NCBI GenBank assembly: GCA_963702025.1
Contig: OY969699.1
Location: 256,001 to 320,000 of the forward strand
Source: an uncultured bacterium
GTDB taxonomy: Bacteria > Babelota > Babeliae > Babelales > Vermiphilaceae
Direction of reading: 5' to 3'
DNA length: 64,000 bases
Part shown: one piece after another, positions 32,000 to 42,119 of the stretch
Numbering within the stretch: position 1 is the stretch's first letter
Layout of the letters: each line of letters opens with the position of its first letter
Notes under the pieces: model-generated
What the model was told of the DNA's origin: nothing
What the model saw: the letters and a program-made list of their open reading frames with translations, nothing else
Database searches by the model: none
Program-made: the position numbers and the translations under genes

Positions 32000-32116
32000 C
32001 TATTGTGAGCTTGCCAATGGCTCAATTCCATTTGGCTCAAGCCTTTCTAAACTTTTTTCCATTGCGGTTACAGAAATAATAAAACTGAGTGATAAAAAGA
32101 CACATTGTTTATGCAT
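32000..32116 (-). pseudogene. 38-aa truncated duplicate of the 5' end of the AAA ATPase gene
   Basis: MHKQCVFLSLSFIISVTAMEKSLERLEPNG resembles MNKLCAFISFCFFISIAAQEKPERPMPNG; upstream tttcgatgcaaaatg is also duplicated. Confidence 0.65.
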
Positions 32117-32335
32117 GGTGCACTTTCGATGCAAAATGGTTGGACATATAAATTAGACATAAATTGATCCAATCATAAAGGAATGGATTACTATCGTCAA
32201 ATGTTTTTTAATTATTGGATGAAGCTTTAGATACGAATAGAAAACTAGACTCTGCATAATTCTAGAAACATCAAATCTTCACAATGTTTTTTACAGCTTT
32301 AAAAGTAAAAGACAATAGAAGTTTTGCCCAGATAA

Positions 32336-32893
32336 TTACTCCTTAGCGCCATATTTTTGCAGCATTTGGGTTATTTCCTTTTTCTCTTCGGCAGAAAGAT
32401 AGTTAAGAACACTCTCCTCATTTATCATGGCCAAAGGGGCTTTGCCAAAAAGGTTTTTGATATTCGGATCAGCTTTTGCTTCCAGAAGTAGTTTAATTAT
32501 CTCTTTATACCACTGATTAAATTCATCATTACGACAAGTAATCATACAAGTTGCATGGGTCAATGGAGTTCCGACTTTATCTTGAAGATTTGGGTTTGCA
32601 TTATGGGCCAAAAGTGTTTCAACAAGAGGCTTAATGCCGGAAGTAGCAAAAACTGAGAGTGCCGTTTGCCCATATTCATTACGTGCATCAACATTTGCTC
32701 CATTTGCAAGTATTATTTTTAACATGTCATTTCGATTATTTATTTCTTGTGGACGAAGAGGTGATAAGTAGGCCGGTCCATCGTTTATTAGTTTGACTAA
32801 CAGCGTATCCTGGTCTCCTTTTCCATTCATTGCATCGCATTTAGCAAAAAGATATACCGTTGTAATTAAAAAAAAGAATACAAATTTTCTCAT
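32336..32893 (-). CDS. Secreted ankyrin-repeat protein
   Basis: GANVDARNEYGQTAL, ANPNLQD and ADPNIKN. Confidence 0.9.
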   Translation of the reverse strand: MRKFVFFFLITTVYLFAKCDAMNGKGDQDTLLVKLINDGPAYLSPLRPQEINNRNDMLKIILANGANVDARNEYGQTALSVFATSGIKPLVETLLAHNANPNLQDKVGTPLTHATCMITCRNDEFNQWYKEIIKLLLEAKADPNIKNLFGKAPLAMINEESVLNYLSAEEKKEITQMLQKYGAKE

Positions 32894-33053
32894 AAAAATC
32901 CTAATTCAAATGTTAATAGTTGATTAATATATATTATCGTTCAAGGATATATTTTTTTTAAATTAATTACATATATTTCGACACAAAACCGGGCAAATAA
33001 TTATTGTTTCACGAAGTTAGTTTTTGTTAGTGTGAAAAAAAAAGGGGACAAAA

Positions 33054-33578
33054 ATGAAATTCTTTACAATTCAACTTCTACTCAGCATCACACTCGCATC
33101 ACTTTCTGCTTATGGGCAAATAACACCGAATTTTGAATTATGGAACAAACATATTCAGCCGGTTTATTACGCCATCGGCACATCAAAGGAAGAGGCAAGT
33201 AAAAAGCCAATGCAAGAAATACGCCCGGGCACCTTTCTTGCAGAAACAAGAGACCTAACAAAGCTAACAAGTATCGCACTCGCAGTCGGCAAAAAACCGG
33301 AAGCGGGGCAGCGAATTGATGTTTTTACGATGCTTCCCAATAAAAATCTCTACTTGCGCGTTGGCCTGCCTTCTGAAAAAGAAAAATTGAAAGAGACTGT
33401 AAAAACAATCATGGGACGCAAATCATTAGAACTTACTGATTACATTTTTGGCCCGCAAACCGGTCCACTTCTTGGCTTTAAAGGAGTTACTGAACGCGGA
33501 TATCCGCTTAAAAATAACATCACGCAGGATGACATTACCAGAAGTTGGGGCATCTACCTTCCGGCCAAGGAAAACTAA
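33054..33578 (+). CDS. Secreted hypothetical protein
   Basis: Signal peptide; clean ORF with G-rich RBS. Confidence 0.7.
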   Translation: MKFFTIQLLLSITLASLSAYGQITPNFELWNKHIQPVYYAIGTSKEEASKKPMQEIRPGTFLAETRDLTKLTSIALAVGKKPEAGQRIDVFTMLPNKNLYLRVGLPSEKEKLKETVKTIMGRKSLELTDYIFGPQTGPLLGFKGVTERGYPLKNNITQDDITRSWGIYLPAKEN

Positions 33579-33579
33579 T

Positions 33580-34869
33580 ATGCCAGAAAAAAAACGGTTG
33601 AAAGTCGGCATCATTGGCGCCGGCGCTGCCGGATTAACCACTGCATGGCTCCTTGATAATGATTATGATATCACCGTATTTGAAAAAAATGACTATTTAG
33701 GCGGCAGCATATGTACCGTGCATGTTCCTATAAATGGCAAAATTGTTCCGGTTGAAGCAGGCGCAGAGTTTTTTTCCGACATGATGTTTCCCCATTTTAA
33801 TCGGCTCCTTTCATTGTTGCAGGTCCCCGTAACCAGATATCCACTTGGATACACTTTTTACAACACCAAAACACAAGAAGCAATCATTTTGCCGCCCATT
33901 AGCGATGGCCAGATTTCCTGGCATTCATTAACCCCGCATACGATTTTTGATTTGGTTCAATTTAATCATTTTATTGAGAGTGGCCACACCATTATTGGCA
34001 TGAAAGATACTGACATTACCTTGGAAGAATATTGCGACGAGCTTAACATCACCCATTCATTTAAAAATGACTTTATCTACCCATTTTTTGCCGCATCATG
34101 GGGATGCACGCCTCAGGATGCAAAAAAGTATTCTGCCTACGATATGCTCGAATGGATGATTCCTCATCAACCGGCAGGCATTTCTATACCGCATTGGAAT
34201 GAAATAAAAGGTGGCATGAGCATTTATATACATGCACTTGCGGCACGGTTGCGCCACACCACGATTCATACTGAGTCACATATCACCAATATTACCTTTG
34301 CACAGGGCGTTTATACTATTTACAACAATAATCAGCCGGTTGTTTGCGTGGATCATCTTATTATTGCAACGGGCGAAAATGAAGCAGCTGAATTACTCAA
34401 AACCGTTCCCCATGCCGCTCAACTGGTCGCAATACTTAATACCATTGAATTTTTCCATACCACGATCGCCATCCATGGTGATCGCCGTTTAATGCCGGCA
34501 CAAGAAGCTGATTGGTCGATTGCCAATATTCTGTATGATGGGAAAAACAGCGCGCTTACCATTTGCAAGCCCCATATGAGAGAATTTCCCCTTTTTAGAA
34601 GTTGGATTACCTATAATTTAGGGCTTCCCGAAAGCAATCCACTCCCGGAACCGTTATATGCCCTCAAATATTTTTACCACAGCAAAGTAAATAAAGCCTA
34701 TTTTGATATGCAAAAAAATATTGCGCCATTACAAGGGAAAAACAACCTCTGGTTGGCCGGTTTTTATACCGCCGGGCCAGACTCACACAATAGTGCCATA
34801 GTTTCTGCTATGAATATCGCGCGACATCTTGCTCCTGCCAGCGAAAGGCTCGCAGCACTAAGCTCTTGA
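33580..34869 (+). CDS. FAD-dependent oxidoreductase (amine oxidase family)
   Basis: IIGAGAAGL...FEK...LGG Rossmann motif; LQGKNNLWLAG. Confidence 0.9.
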   Translation: MPEKKRLKVGIIGAGAAGLTTAWLLDNDYDITVFEKNDYLGGSICTVHVPINGKIVPVEAGAEFFSDMMFPHFNRLLSLLQVPVTRYPLGYTFYNTKTQEAIILPPISDGQISWHSLTPHTIFDLVQFNHFIESGHTIIGMKDTDITLEEYCDELNITHSFKNDFIYPFFAASWGCTPQDAKKYSAYDMLEWMIPHQPAGISIPHWNEIKGGMSIYIHALAARLRHTTIHTESHITNITFAQGVYTIYNNNQPVVCVDHLIIATGENEAAELLKTVPHAAQLVAILNTIEFFHTTIAIHGDRRLMPAQEADWSIANILYDGKNSALTICKPHMREFPLFRSWITYNLGLPESNPLPEPLYALKYFYHSKVNKAYFDMQKNIAPLQGKNNLWLAGFYTAGPDSHNSAIVSAMNIARHLAPASERLAALSS

Positions 34870-34939
34870 ATTTTTAAAAAAAATCTATTACTTATATTAA
34901 TAGGATACAGTATCAAAACCTTTTATAGGAGGCATTATT

Positions 34940-35569
34940 ATGCGTATTACCAGTAAACAGTTGATGCTTTCTGTGTTCTACAGTTTAGCATTAGTAACAT
35001 CATCTCTCTGTGCAAAAACATTGTTTGATGAGATGATTGAAGAAATAAATGAGATGCAAGCACTTTTTGAACGACGCTTAAACCGCATCAATGAACATAT
35101 CAAGAGCGGTTTTCCCCACCACACTGATTTAGTTGAAAGCGCTACAATACACATGAGTGAAAACAAAACAACAAATGGCATGGATGTTGTAGTAAGTCCG
35201 CTTCTTTTTACCGATAAAATTGTTGAAGCAACTATGGAACAAGATGCCAATATACTCACAGTAACTACACCTGCAGGCACATTGACAATCCAAGTGGACC
35301 GTCGCCTAATTTCAGCGCAATTCAATCAACGGCTCAAGCAAGAGGTTGACAGTAAAAATGGCGCAAAGCAGCAGTTTTCTCTGAGCAGCCTGAGCCAAAG
35401 CGCCCATTATGTGGACCATGAAATGGCGCTGGAAGAATCACGGATTGAATATGATCAAACAGAAAAAAAATTAACGGTCTCTATTCCGGTGCGCAAGAAA
35501 GCGATTACCAAAATCCCGGTAACGGTCAAAGAGAGTCCCAAAGAAAGCGCAAAAGCTGAAGAAAAATAG
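34940..35569 (+). CDS. Hsp20/alpha-crystallin-like protein with signal peptide
   Basis: C-terminal YD...LTVSIP...KIPV; helical N-terminus. Confidence 0.55.
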   Translation: MRITSKQLMLSVFYSLALVTSSLCAKTLFDEMIEEINEMQALFERRLNRINEHIKSGFPHHTDLVESATIHMSENKTTNGMDVVVSPLLFTDKIVEATMEQDANILTVTTPAGTLTIQVDRRLISAQFNQRLKQEVDSKNGAKQQFSLSSLSQSAHYVDHEMALEESRIEYDQTEKKLTVSIPVRKKAITKIPVTVKESPKESAKAEEK

Positions 35570-35586
35570 TTTTTAGCTTTAATCAC

Positions 35587-35623
35587 AAAGCCGTTTGTTA
35601 TTTTAACAAACGGCTTTTTTTTT
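35587..35623 (+). terminator. Rho-independent terminator
   Basis: aaagccgtttgtta-tt-ttaacaaacggcttt followed by a T run. Confidence 0.9.
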
Positions 35624-35686
35624 GCGACACTTCTTTTATACTTAACAAAAAATCAATTATTTCACTTATATAAAGACATACTAATC

Positions 35687-36823
35687 ATGATTCAAACACC
35701 GCATACGTGGATAGAAATTAGCAAACAGGCATTATTGCATAATCTTGCCATGTATAAAAAAGCAATCGGTAACCGCGCTTTGGGCGTGGTGATTAAAAGT
35801 AATGCATATGGTCATGGCATCCTCGAAACCGCAACCATTTGCCAAGAAAGCGAGCATGCAGATTGGCTCATAACTGGCAATTTAAATGAAGCGCTGCACT
35901 GTCGAGCCGCCGGCATTACCAAACCGATATTAATCGTTTATTTTATTGATAATGATCCTCAGTTGCTCGCCCACCATGATATTGACGTTATGGTCGCTGA
36001 TAGTGATCTTTTGAATGAGTTAAATGGCGTTGGCATTAAAAATGGTAAAAAAATAAATATACACTTAAAATTTGATACCGGGATGTCACGGTTTGGTTTC
36101 ATGCCCCATGAAGCAGTGACTATTGCTAAAAAAGCGTTCTCAATGCCTGGCGTATCAGTGCGGGGCATTTATAGTCATCTTGCCCAAGCCGCAAATCCGG
36201 ATCAAACATTTACCAAAGAACAGGAACGCTCTTTTATGGAGATTTTGGCGGCTCTTGAACAGGAAAACATACATATACCCCTTATTCATTTAACCAATAG
36301 TGCGGGCACAACAACAGTACTCAATTCCAAAATTAATCTTGTTCGTATTGGTCTTGGAATCTATGGCTGGTGGCCCTCACAATCAAATAAAGAGCTCACC
36401 CGAGCGCAAAATCCTGATTTTGAGTTAAAACCGGTCCTTACCTTTAAAACACGAATTTTTCAGGTTCGGCACCTCGATGCAAATCAATTTGTAGGCTATG
36501 ATCGCACCTATAAAACTGCCGGCCCTACCAAAATAGCGATTTTACCAGTGGGGTATTATGATGGCTATGACCGCCGATTGAGCAGCAAAGGAATTCTCTT
36601 TATAAGAGGGCATTATGCCCCTGTTATAGGCATTATCGCTATGACCACCACTATCGTTGATATTACTCATATACCCGGCGCTCAGGTTGGCGATGAGGCC
36701 ATTTTAATGGGTAATTATGAAAAAATTACCCCTACACAGCTTGCCAATGTGATAGGGAGCTTCAATGCCCGGGAAATGATGACCCGCCTCAATCCAACCA
36801 TCCCTCGTCTTATAGTACCCTAA
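35687..36823 (+). CDS. alr: Alanine racemase
   Basis: VIKSNAYGHG, HLKFDTGMSRFG, NSAG and GYYDG. Confidence 0.97.
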   Translation: MIQTPHTWIEISKQALLHNLAMYKKAIGNRALGVVIKSNAYGHGILETATICQESEHADWLITGNLNEALHCRAAGITKPILIVYFIDNDPQLLAHHDIDVMVADSDLLNELNGVGIKNGKKINIHLKFDTGMSRFGFMPHEAVTIAKKAFSMPGVSVRGIYSHLAQAANPDQTFTKEQERSFMEILAALEQENIHIPLIHLTNSAGTTTVLNSKINLVRIGLGIYGWWPSQSNKELTRAQNPDFELKPVLTFKTRIFQVRHLDANQFVGYDRTYKTAGPTKIAILPVGYYDGYDRRLSSKGILFIRGHYAPVIGIIAMTTTIVDITHIPGAQVGDEAILMGNYEKITPTQLANVIGSFNAREMMTRLNPTIPRLIVP

Positions 36824-36870
36824 AAAGCCAAAAAATGGGGTTTCAGGTTCAGTTTTACGCCCTTTCATTA

Positions 36871-36898
36871 TTGACAAATAGGATATTTTTGGTAAAGT
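36871..36898 (+). promoter_or_regulatory. Sigma70-type promoter for the zinc-finger cluster
   Basis: TTGACA-16 nt-TAAAGT upstream of GGAGG RBS. Confidence 0.55.
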
Positions 36899-36933
36899 AA
36901 AGATATAAGTACTAATATTTAATGGAGGAATAT

Positions 36934-37662
36934 ATGAAATATATCAAATATGCAAGTTTATCGTTATTGGCCCTTATCTGCCTACCAGCCTTTTCTATGG
37001 AAAAAAAGAGACCCCTTGAAACAAAGAGAGATCCTCTTGCTAAGGCTCCTAAAGTAGATGACAATAGTGATGAGAACATTATTAATCTTGTAGAAGATGA
37101 TGAGATCATTGAAGAAGATCCTGAGTTAGCCGCACTCCTTGAACTAGAATTTGCACAACAAATTCCTGATGAGGAACCGGCGCATACCAATGCGCTGCAA
37201 AAAGATGAAACCACTATTGCCGATGATGAATCCACATTAATAGATAAAGAACCCCAAAAGTGCCCGGTTCCCGGTTGCAAATCGGGACCTCAAAAAAATC
37301 TTAAAGAACACATCAAAAACTATCATCATGGCAAAGGGGCAGAGCTGACTACCTGCCATATATGCCAAAAACAAATATTTAGAAGTGATATGAACTTCCA
37401 TCTATTTCATAAGCATGAAGTGGGCTTTCGGACACGTTTAGAAAAAGTAGCATGTGACAAATGCGGAAAAGTAATTTCAAAACAATATCTGGAGAGCCAT
37501 CTAAAGACACTACACGAAATGAGCAAGCAAGATTATTATACCTGCAAATCATGCCCGACTGTGTTTACCGGCTCTTCCTCAATTATAAATCACTTAAAAA
37601 AGAAACATCAGATAAAAGAAAAATTCGTAGATCATTATAAAAAAGAAACACGTGATGTGTAA
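36934..37662 (+). CDS. Secreted C2H2 zinc-finger protein
   Basis: Signal peptide, MEKKRP, acidic tract and four CxxC...HxxxxH fingers. Confidence 0.9.
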   Translation: MKYIKYASLSLLALICLPAFSMEKKRPLETKRDPLAKAPKVDDNSDENIINLVEDDEIIEEDPELAALLELEFAQQIPDEEPAHTNALQKDETTIADDESTLIDKEPQKCPVPGCKSGPQKNLKEHIKNYHHGKGAELTTCHICQKQIFRSDMNFHLFHKHEVGFRTRLEKVACDKCGKVISKQYLESHLKTLHEMSKQDYYTCKSCPTVFTGSSSIINHLKKKHQIKEKFVDHYKKETRDV

Positions 37663-37677
37663 TGGAGTGAGGAATAT

Positions 37678-38466
37678 ATGAAATATATCAAATATATAAG
37701 TTTATCGTTATTGGCCCTTATCTGCTTGCCTGCCTTTTCTATGGAAAAGAAAAGACCCCTTGAAACAAAGGAGAATCCTCTTGCTAAGGCTCCTAAAGTA
37801 GATGACAATAGTGATGATATTAATGAAATTGCAGAACAAGAAGATCCCGAATTAGCCGCACTACTTGAACTGGAATTTGCGCAACCAATTACTAATGAGA
37901 AACCGGCACATACCAATGCGCTGCAAAAAGATGAAACCACTATTGCTGATGAAGAAACAGTTGCGGCCGATGATGAATCCACACTAATGGATAAAGAACC
38001 TCAAAAGTGCATATTTCCCGGTTGCAACGCGAAACCTCAAAAAGATCTTTCTAAACACATGTGGAACTATCATGGCAGAGGAGCTCAAGAAATAACGTGC
38101 ACTGAGTGTAATAAAAAAATTTTCCAAAGAATTCTGAAAGACCATACTTGGAGATTTCATGGTGGAGGTGCAAAAGAGACAATTTGCGAGGAATGTAATA
38201 AACAAGTATTAAAAAGAGATCTGCAAAACCATAAAGCACTCCACCCAAAAACAACTTGTGAAATTTGCAAGCAAGAATTTTTATCAGCATGCTTCAACAG
38301 GCATCTAAAAACGCATGCCATGGATAAACAAGATTATTTTATCTGCAAACTATGCACAAAAACTGAGTTTACCAATCGCCATTCAATTCTACGACATTTA
38401 AAAAAAGCACATGAAATAAAAGCAGAATTCAAAAATAACTATAAAAAAGAAACACGCGATGTGTAA
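37678..38466 (+). CDS. Secreted C2H2 zinc-finger protein (paralog)
   Basis: Near-identical N-terminus; five fingers; same YKKETRDV end. Confidence 0.9.
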   Translation: MKYIKYISLSLLALICLPAFSMEKKRPLETKENPLAKAPKVDDNSDDINEIAEQEDPELAALLELEFAQPITNEKPAHTNALQKDETTIADEETVAADDESTLMDKEPQKCIFPGCNAKPQKDLSKHMWNYHGRGAQEITCTECNKKIFQRILKDHTWRFHGGGAKETICEECNKQVLKRDLQNHKALHPKTTCEICKQEFLSACFNRHLKTHAMDKQDYFICKLCTKTEFTNRHSILRHLKKAHEIKAEFKNNYKKETRDV

Positions 38467-38476
38467 TGGAGTGAAT

Positions 38477-39331
38477 ATGAAATATATTAATTACTTAGCT
38501 TTATCGTTATCGGCCCTTATCTACCTACCAGCCATTTCTATGGAAAAAAAGAGACCCCTTGAAACAAAGGGAAATCTACTCACAAAGGCACCTAAAATAG
38601 TAGATTACAAAAGCGATCAGAACATTATTAATCTCGTGGGAGCAAAAGAAGAAGATGATGAACTAGCGGCCGTACTTAAATATTCGAAACAAATTGCTGA
38701 TGAAGAACCGGCTCATACAAATGCTTTGCAAAATGAACAAGACAATTTCATCAATTTGACAAATGATGATAAGCAAGCAAAAGAAGATCAAGAACTAGCC
38801 GAACTGCTTGAATTTACGCAACAAATTTCCGATGATGAACCAGGGCATACAAATGCTTTGCAAAACGAACAAGACAACATCATCAATTTGACAAATGACG
38901 AAAGCAAAGTAAAAGAAGATGAAGAACTAGCCGAACTGCTTAAATTTACGCAACAAATTGGCGAGGAACCGACGCAGGCAAGTACTCCCCAAAATAATGA
39001 AACCATTGTTGATTTTTATGAAGAAACTTCCGCACCTAATGAAGAATCTGCATTGATAGCTCAAGGAAATTGCACGGATCCGAAGTGCAAAGCTGGGTTG
39101 CAAAAAGATGCTATGCATATCTGGAAATTTCATGGTAATGGAGCACAGGAGATCAGGTGTCCAGAATGTGATGAAACAATGGCAATAAGAGACCTGAGCG
39201 CTCATTCGTTTTCGATTCATAATAAGCGCATAGCAAAAAAGGTCAAATGCACTCACTGCGATAAGAGCATGTTACGAAGCAATATTTTCAAACATAAGGC
39301 GAAATTTCATAATGAAGAAGAACCACAGTAA
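38477..39331 (+). CDS. Secreted C2H2 zinc-finger protein with 44-aa internal duplication
   Basis: Same leader; repeated HTNALQNEQDN.INLTND...ELAELL.FTQQI; three fingers. Confidence 0.88.
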   Translation: MKYINYLALSLSALIYLPAISMEKKRPLETKGNLLTKAPKIVDYKSDQNIINLVGAKEEDDELAAVLKYSKQIADEEPAHTNALQNEQDNFINLTNDDKQAKEDQELAELLEFTQQISDDEPGHTNALQNEQDNIINLTNDESKVKEDEELAELLKFTQQIGEEPTQASTPQNNETIVDFYEETSAPNEESALIAQGNCTDPKCKAGLQKDAMHIWKFHGNGAQEIRCPECDETMAIRDLSAHSFSIHNKRIAKKVKCTHCDKSMLRSNIFKHKAKFHNEEEPQ

Positions 39332-39404
39332 AAAATAGTTCACGAACAATATAAAAACCTCTAGACTAGTTTTGTACTTTCAAAATTAATTTAGAGGTTT
39401 TCTC

Positions 39405-40304
39405 ATGTTCACTATACACCGTTCTTTGATCACACATCTATTATGTTTGCTTGCCGTAAGCACTATCAATTCAATGAGCACTCCTCAAAAACAGGATTTT
39501 CAGGGTGTTCTGTTTCAAAAAGATGACACTGCTACTCAGTCATTAAGCAAGCTCCTGGTTGCATTTAACATTCTTGCAAACACTCAGGACCAAATCGTAA
39601 AAGCAACACAAGAAGCGTGGTTGCGCCCGGCTCATAAAGAACGCTGGGAGTCACCTAACCCCCATGGCAATCGCAAAGAAGAATTAATGCCTTTATTTAA
39701 AGAGATAGGCCTTGTTTGCCAAGTAAAGCCCTCTCAAAAAGAATATGACTTTCTTTTAATCATGGGTGCTCTTCACAAACGGGCACAAATGCGCATAGAT
39801 TATGCGGTTAAACTTTGGAAAGAAGGATATAGATTTAAAAAAATTGTGGTACTTGGCTCAGAGCGGCCACTCGATGCAGAGCAAGAGCCAGCACACGAAT
39901 TTAACACTGATGAAAAACCCCACAATGAATTTGGTATGCTAAAGTATTGTTGCAATAACAGTATGCCGGCGGAAATGCTCACATCAAAAAATATTATCTT
40001 TATCGATACGCCAAATACCATTGATGCGCACGGAAAAATAAAACGCGCGACGACCGGAGACACTATAAATGAATGGCTTAAAACCGAGAATCCAAAACCG
40101 GGCAGCTGCTTAGTTGTTTCTAATCAGCCGCATATTGGATACCAAGAAACAGTGGTCAAAAATCTCGTTCCTCAAACTTTTAGCGTTGAAGGAACCGGCG
40201 ATCAACAATCGCCTGATACTCCGGTTAGTGATATTCTTGACGCATTGGCTCGATGGATTTATAACGAGAATCAATTACGCAAAAAATATGCAACCGCTCA
40301 CTAA
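39405..40304 (+). CDS. Conserved hypothetical protein (possibly DUF218/ElyC-like fold), secreted
   Basis: WLRP..KERW, LIMGA, RATTGDT, SNQPH and LDALARW. Confidence 0.6.
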   Translation: MFTIHRSLITHLLCLLAVSTINSMSTPQKQDFQGVLFQKDDTATQSLSKLLVAFNILANTQDQIVKATQEAWLRPAHKERWESPNPHGNRKEELMPLFKEIGLVCQVKPSQKEYDFLLIMGALHKRAQMRIDYAVKLWKEGYRFKKIVVLGSERPLDAEQEPAHEFNTDEKPHNEFGMLKYCCNNSMPAEMLTSKNIIFIDTPNTIDAHGKIKRATTGDTINEWLKTENPKPGSCLVVSNQPHIGYQETVVKNLVPQTFSVEGTGDQQSPDTPVSDILDALARWIYNENQLRKKYATAH

Positions 40305-41136
40305 CTTTTCCTATTCTCTTCTTACAAAAGATGATAAACCCACCCAGAATCTCCAGAATATTTTAACTTTTTTTGGAATACAGCCGACTCTGTCACTTAC
40401 TGAGCTCATTCAAGAAACTCAAAAAAAATGGCTTCGCCCATCCGATAATGAACGCTGGCATTTATCTGAAACATTGTCTGCAGCGCAAAGAAATAATGCT
40501 CACCGGCTATTTGAAAAAATCGGCATGGTATACCCAATAACACCATCACAAAAGAAATATTGCTACCTTCTTTTTATGGGCGGTGATATTCACGGCATGC
40601 ATGAAAGGCTCACTGAATTGGCCATGCTGTTGCATAAAGGCGTTAGCATATCACAGATTATATTTCTCACCGCGCAACGCGAACTTGATCCCAATCATGA
40701 ATCGATAGAAAAAATTTGCTCAATTTTGGGCAAGGAGAACAAAATTCAATGCGAGCGGGCCGCCTACAATCTCAAAACAGAATATGATTTGCTCAAATAT
40801 ATGTGGCACGAGTCGCCACTCGCCTTTCAAGTAAAAACCTCTCCCTCTTTTATTAATACTCCCAACAAACTCAAAAATGGAAAATTGATCCGCGCCACAA
40901 CGCCCGATACGATTATTGAATGGCTCAAACAAAAACCAAAACCCGGCTCATGTTTAATACTCAGCAGCCAACCACTCATCGGCTATCAAGAAGCAGTGGC
41001 TAGAACATTGCTGTCACATAATTTTCCCATCGATTCATATGGCCCTGCATCATCCACCACAGTAACCACTGCCGAGTATCTTGACACTCTTGCACGCTGG
41101 TTGTATCAAGAAGGTATACTCAGAAAAATCATATAA
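40288..41136 (+). CDS. Tandem paralog of 39405-40304 without signal peptide
   Basis: WLRP..NERW, RATTPDT, SSQP and LDTLARW. Confidence 0.65.
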   Translation: MQPLTNFSYSLLTKDDKPTQNLQNILTFFGIQPTLSLTELIQETQKKWLRPSDNERWHLSETLSAAQRNNAHRLFEKIGMVYPITPSQKKYCYLLFMGGDIHGMHERLTELAMLLHKGVSISQIIFLTAQRELDPNHESIEKICSILGKENKIQCERAAYNLKTEYDLLKYMWHESPLAFQVKTSPSFINTPNKLKNGKLIRATTPDTIIEWLKQKPKPGSCLILSSQPLIGYQEAVARTLLSHNFPIDSYGPASSTTVTTAEYLDTLARWLYQEGILRKII

Positions 41137-41157
41137 CCTAATTTTCAAAAGGGCAGA

Positions 41158-42117
41158 ATGAAGATAGTAATTTTTACTCTTGTCCTATTGGCACCATCGC
41201 CTCTTTATCCCTGTTTTGCCCCGCTCACCTGCGTTAGAAAAATAATAGATCATGGAGCAACGTGTCCGTGCCTCAATCTTGACAATATGCAACGAATTAT
41301 AGATCATCATCATGAAAAAATAATAGATTTTATTAATAAAAAAATTCACACCGAATCCGACATGTTAAAACCTCTACCTATTACAGGATTTCACGCACCA
41401 GCTATTTTTAGTCTCGCCTATAACAATAAAAATAAAGATTTAATAGCACTGCTCCTCAAAAAACGGCCAAAATTAACCAATCTCGTTGAACCGGAAACTG
41501 GCAATACCATTTTTCACACCGCCGCTGAACAAGGTACAAACAAGATTTTGGCAAAATTACTCATCTATGCAAAAGAAAGCAATATACCACTCAATATTCT
41601 TGAAAAAGAAAATAATAATAAACAAACCCCGCTCATGCTTGCCGCCTATTACTCAAGAACGAAATGTGTGAAAGATTTACTCTCCCATGGGGCATCAATC
41701 AATAGTCCTCCCAGCCCGTTACACCGGGCTGCCGTTGGCTTTTTTCGCAGTGAAAATAAACAAAATACAATTATTCTCATGCTCTGCCAAGCAGGAGCAA
41801 ATCTCGATACAAAAAATGAAGATGACTTACAGGCCAATGAACAGCAAAATTGTTCTGCAAATGCTAAAAATTTAATTGCCGAGTATCGCTCTTATCGAGA
41901 CTATAAAAAACTACAAGCACTCGATCTGCCGCCAAAAAAAAGCCGCTTCAGCCGGCTACCATTAGAAATACAGTGTTTGATAAAAGAGTATGTGATTGGT
42001 AAAAAGTATAAACCAGATGAATGGCAAAAACATCGATTTGATTCATTATTGTCATCTGATATTTCATTAAGTGCCAAATTGATCGCAACACTTAATTCAT
42101 TGGAGGAAAAAAAGTAA
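41158..42117 (+). CDS. Secreted ankyrin-repeat protein with C-terminal F-box-like motif
   Basis: TIFHTAA, TPLMLAA and SPLHRAA; FSRLPLEIQCLIKEYV. Confidence 0.85.
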   Translation: MKIVIFTLVLLAPSPLYPCFAPLTCVRKIIDHGATCPCLNLDNMQRIIDHHHEKIIDFINKKIHTESDMLKPLPITGFHAPAIFSLAYNNKNKDLIALLLKKRPKLTNLVEPETGNTIFHTAAEQGTNKILAKLLIYAKESNIPLNILEKENNNKQTPLMLAAYYSRTKCVKDLLSHGASINSPPSPLHRAAVGFFRSENKQNTIILMLCQAGANLDTKNEDDLQANEQQNCSANAKNLIAEYRSYRDYKKLQALDLPPKKSRFSRLPLEIQCLIKEYVIGKKYKPDEWQKHRFDSLLSSDISLSAKLIATLNSLEEKK

Positions 42118-42119
42118 TT

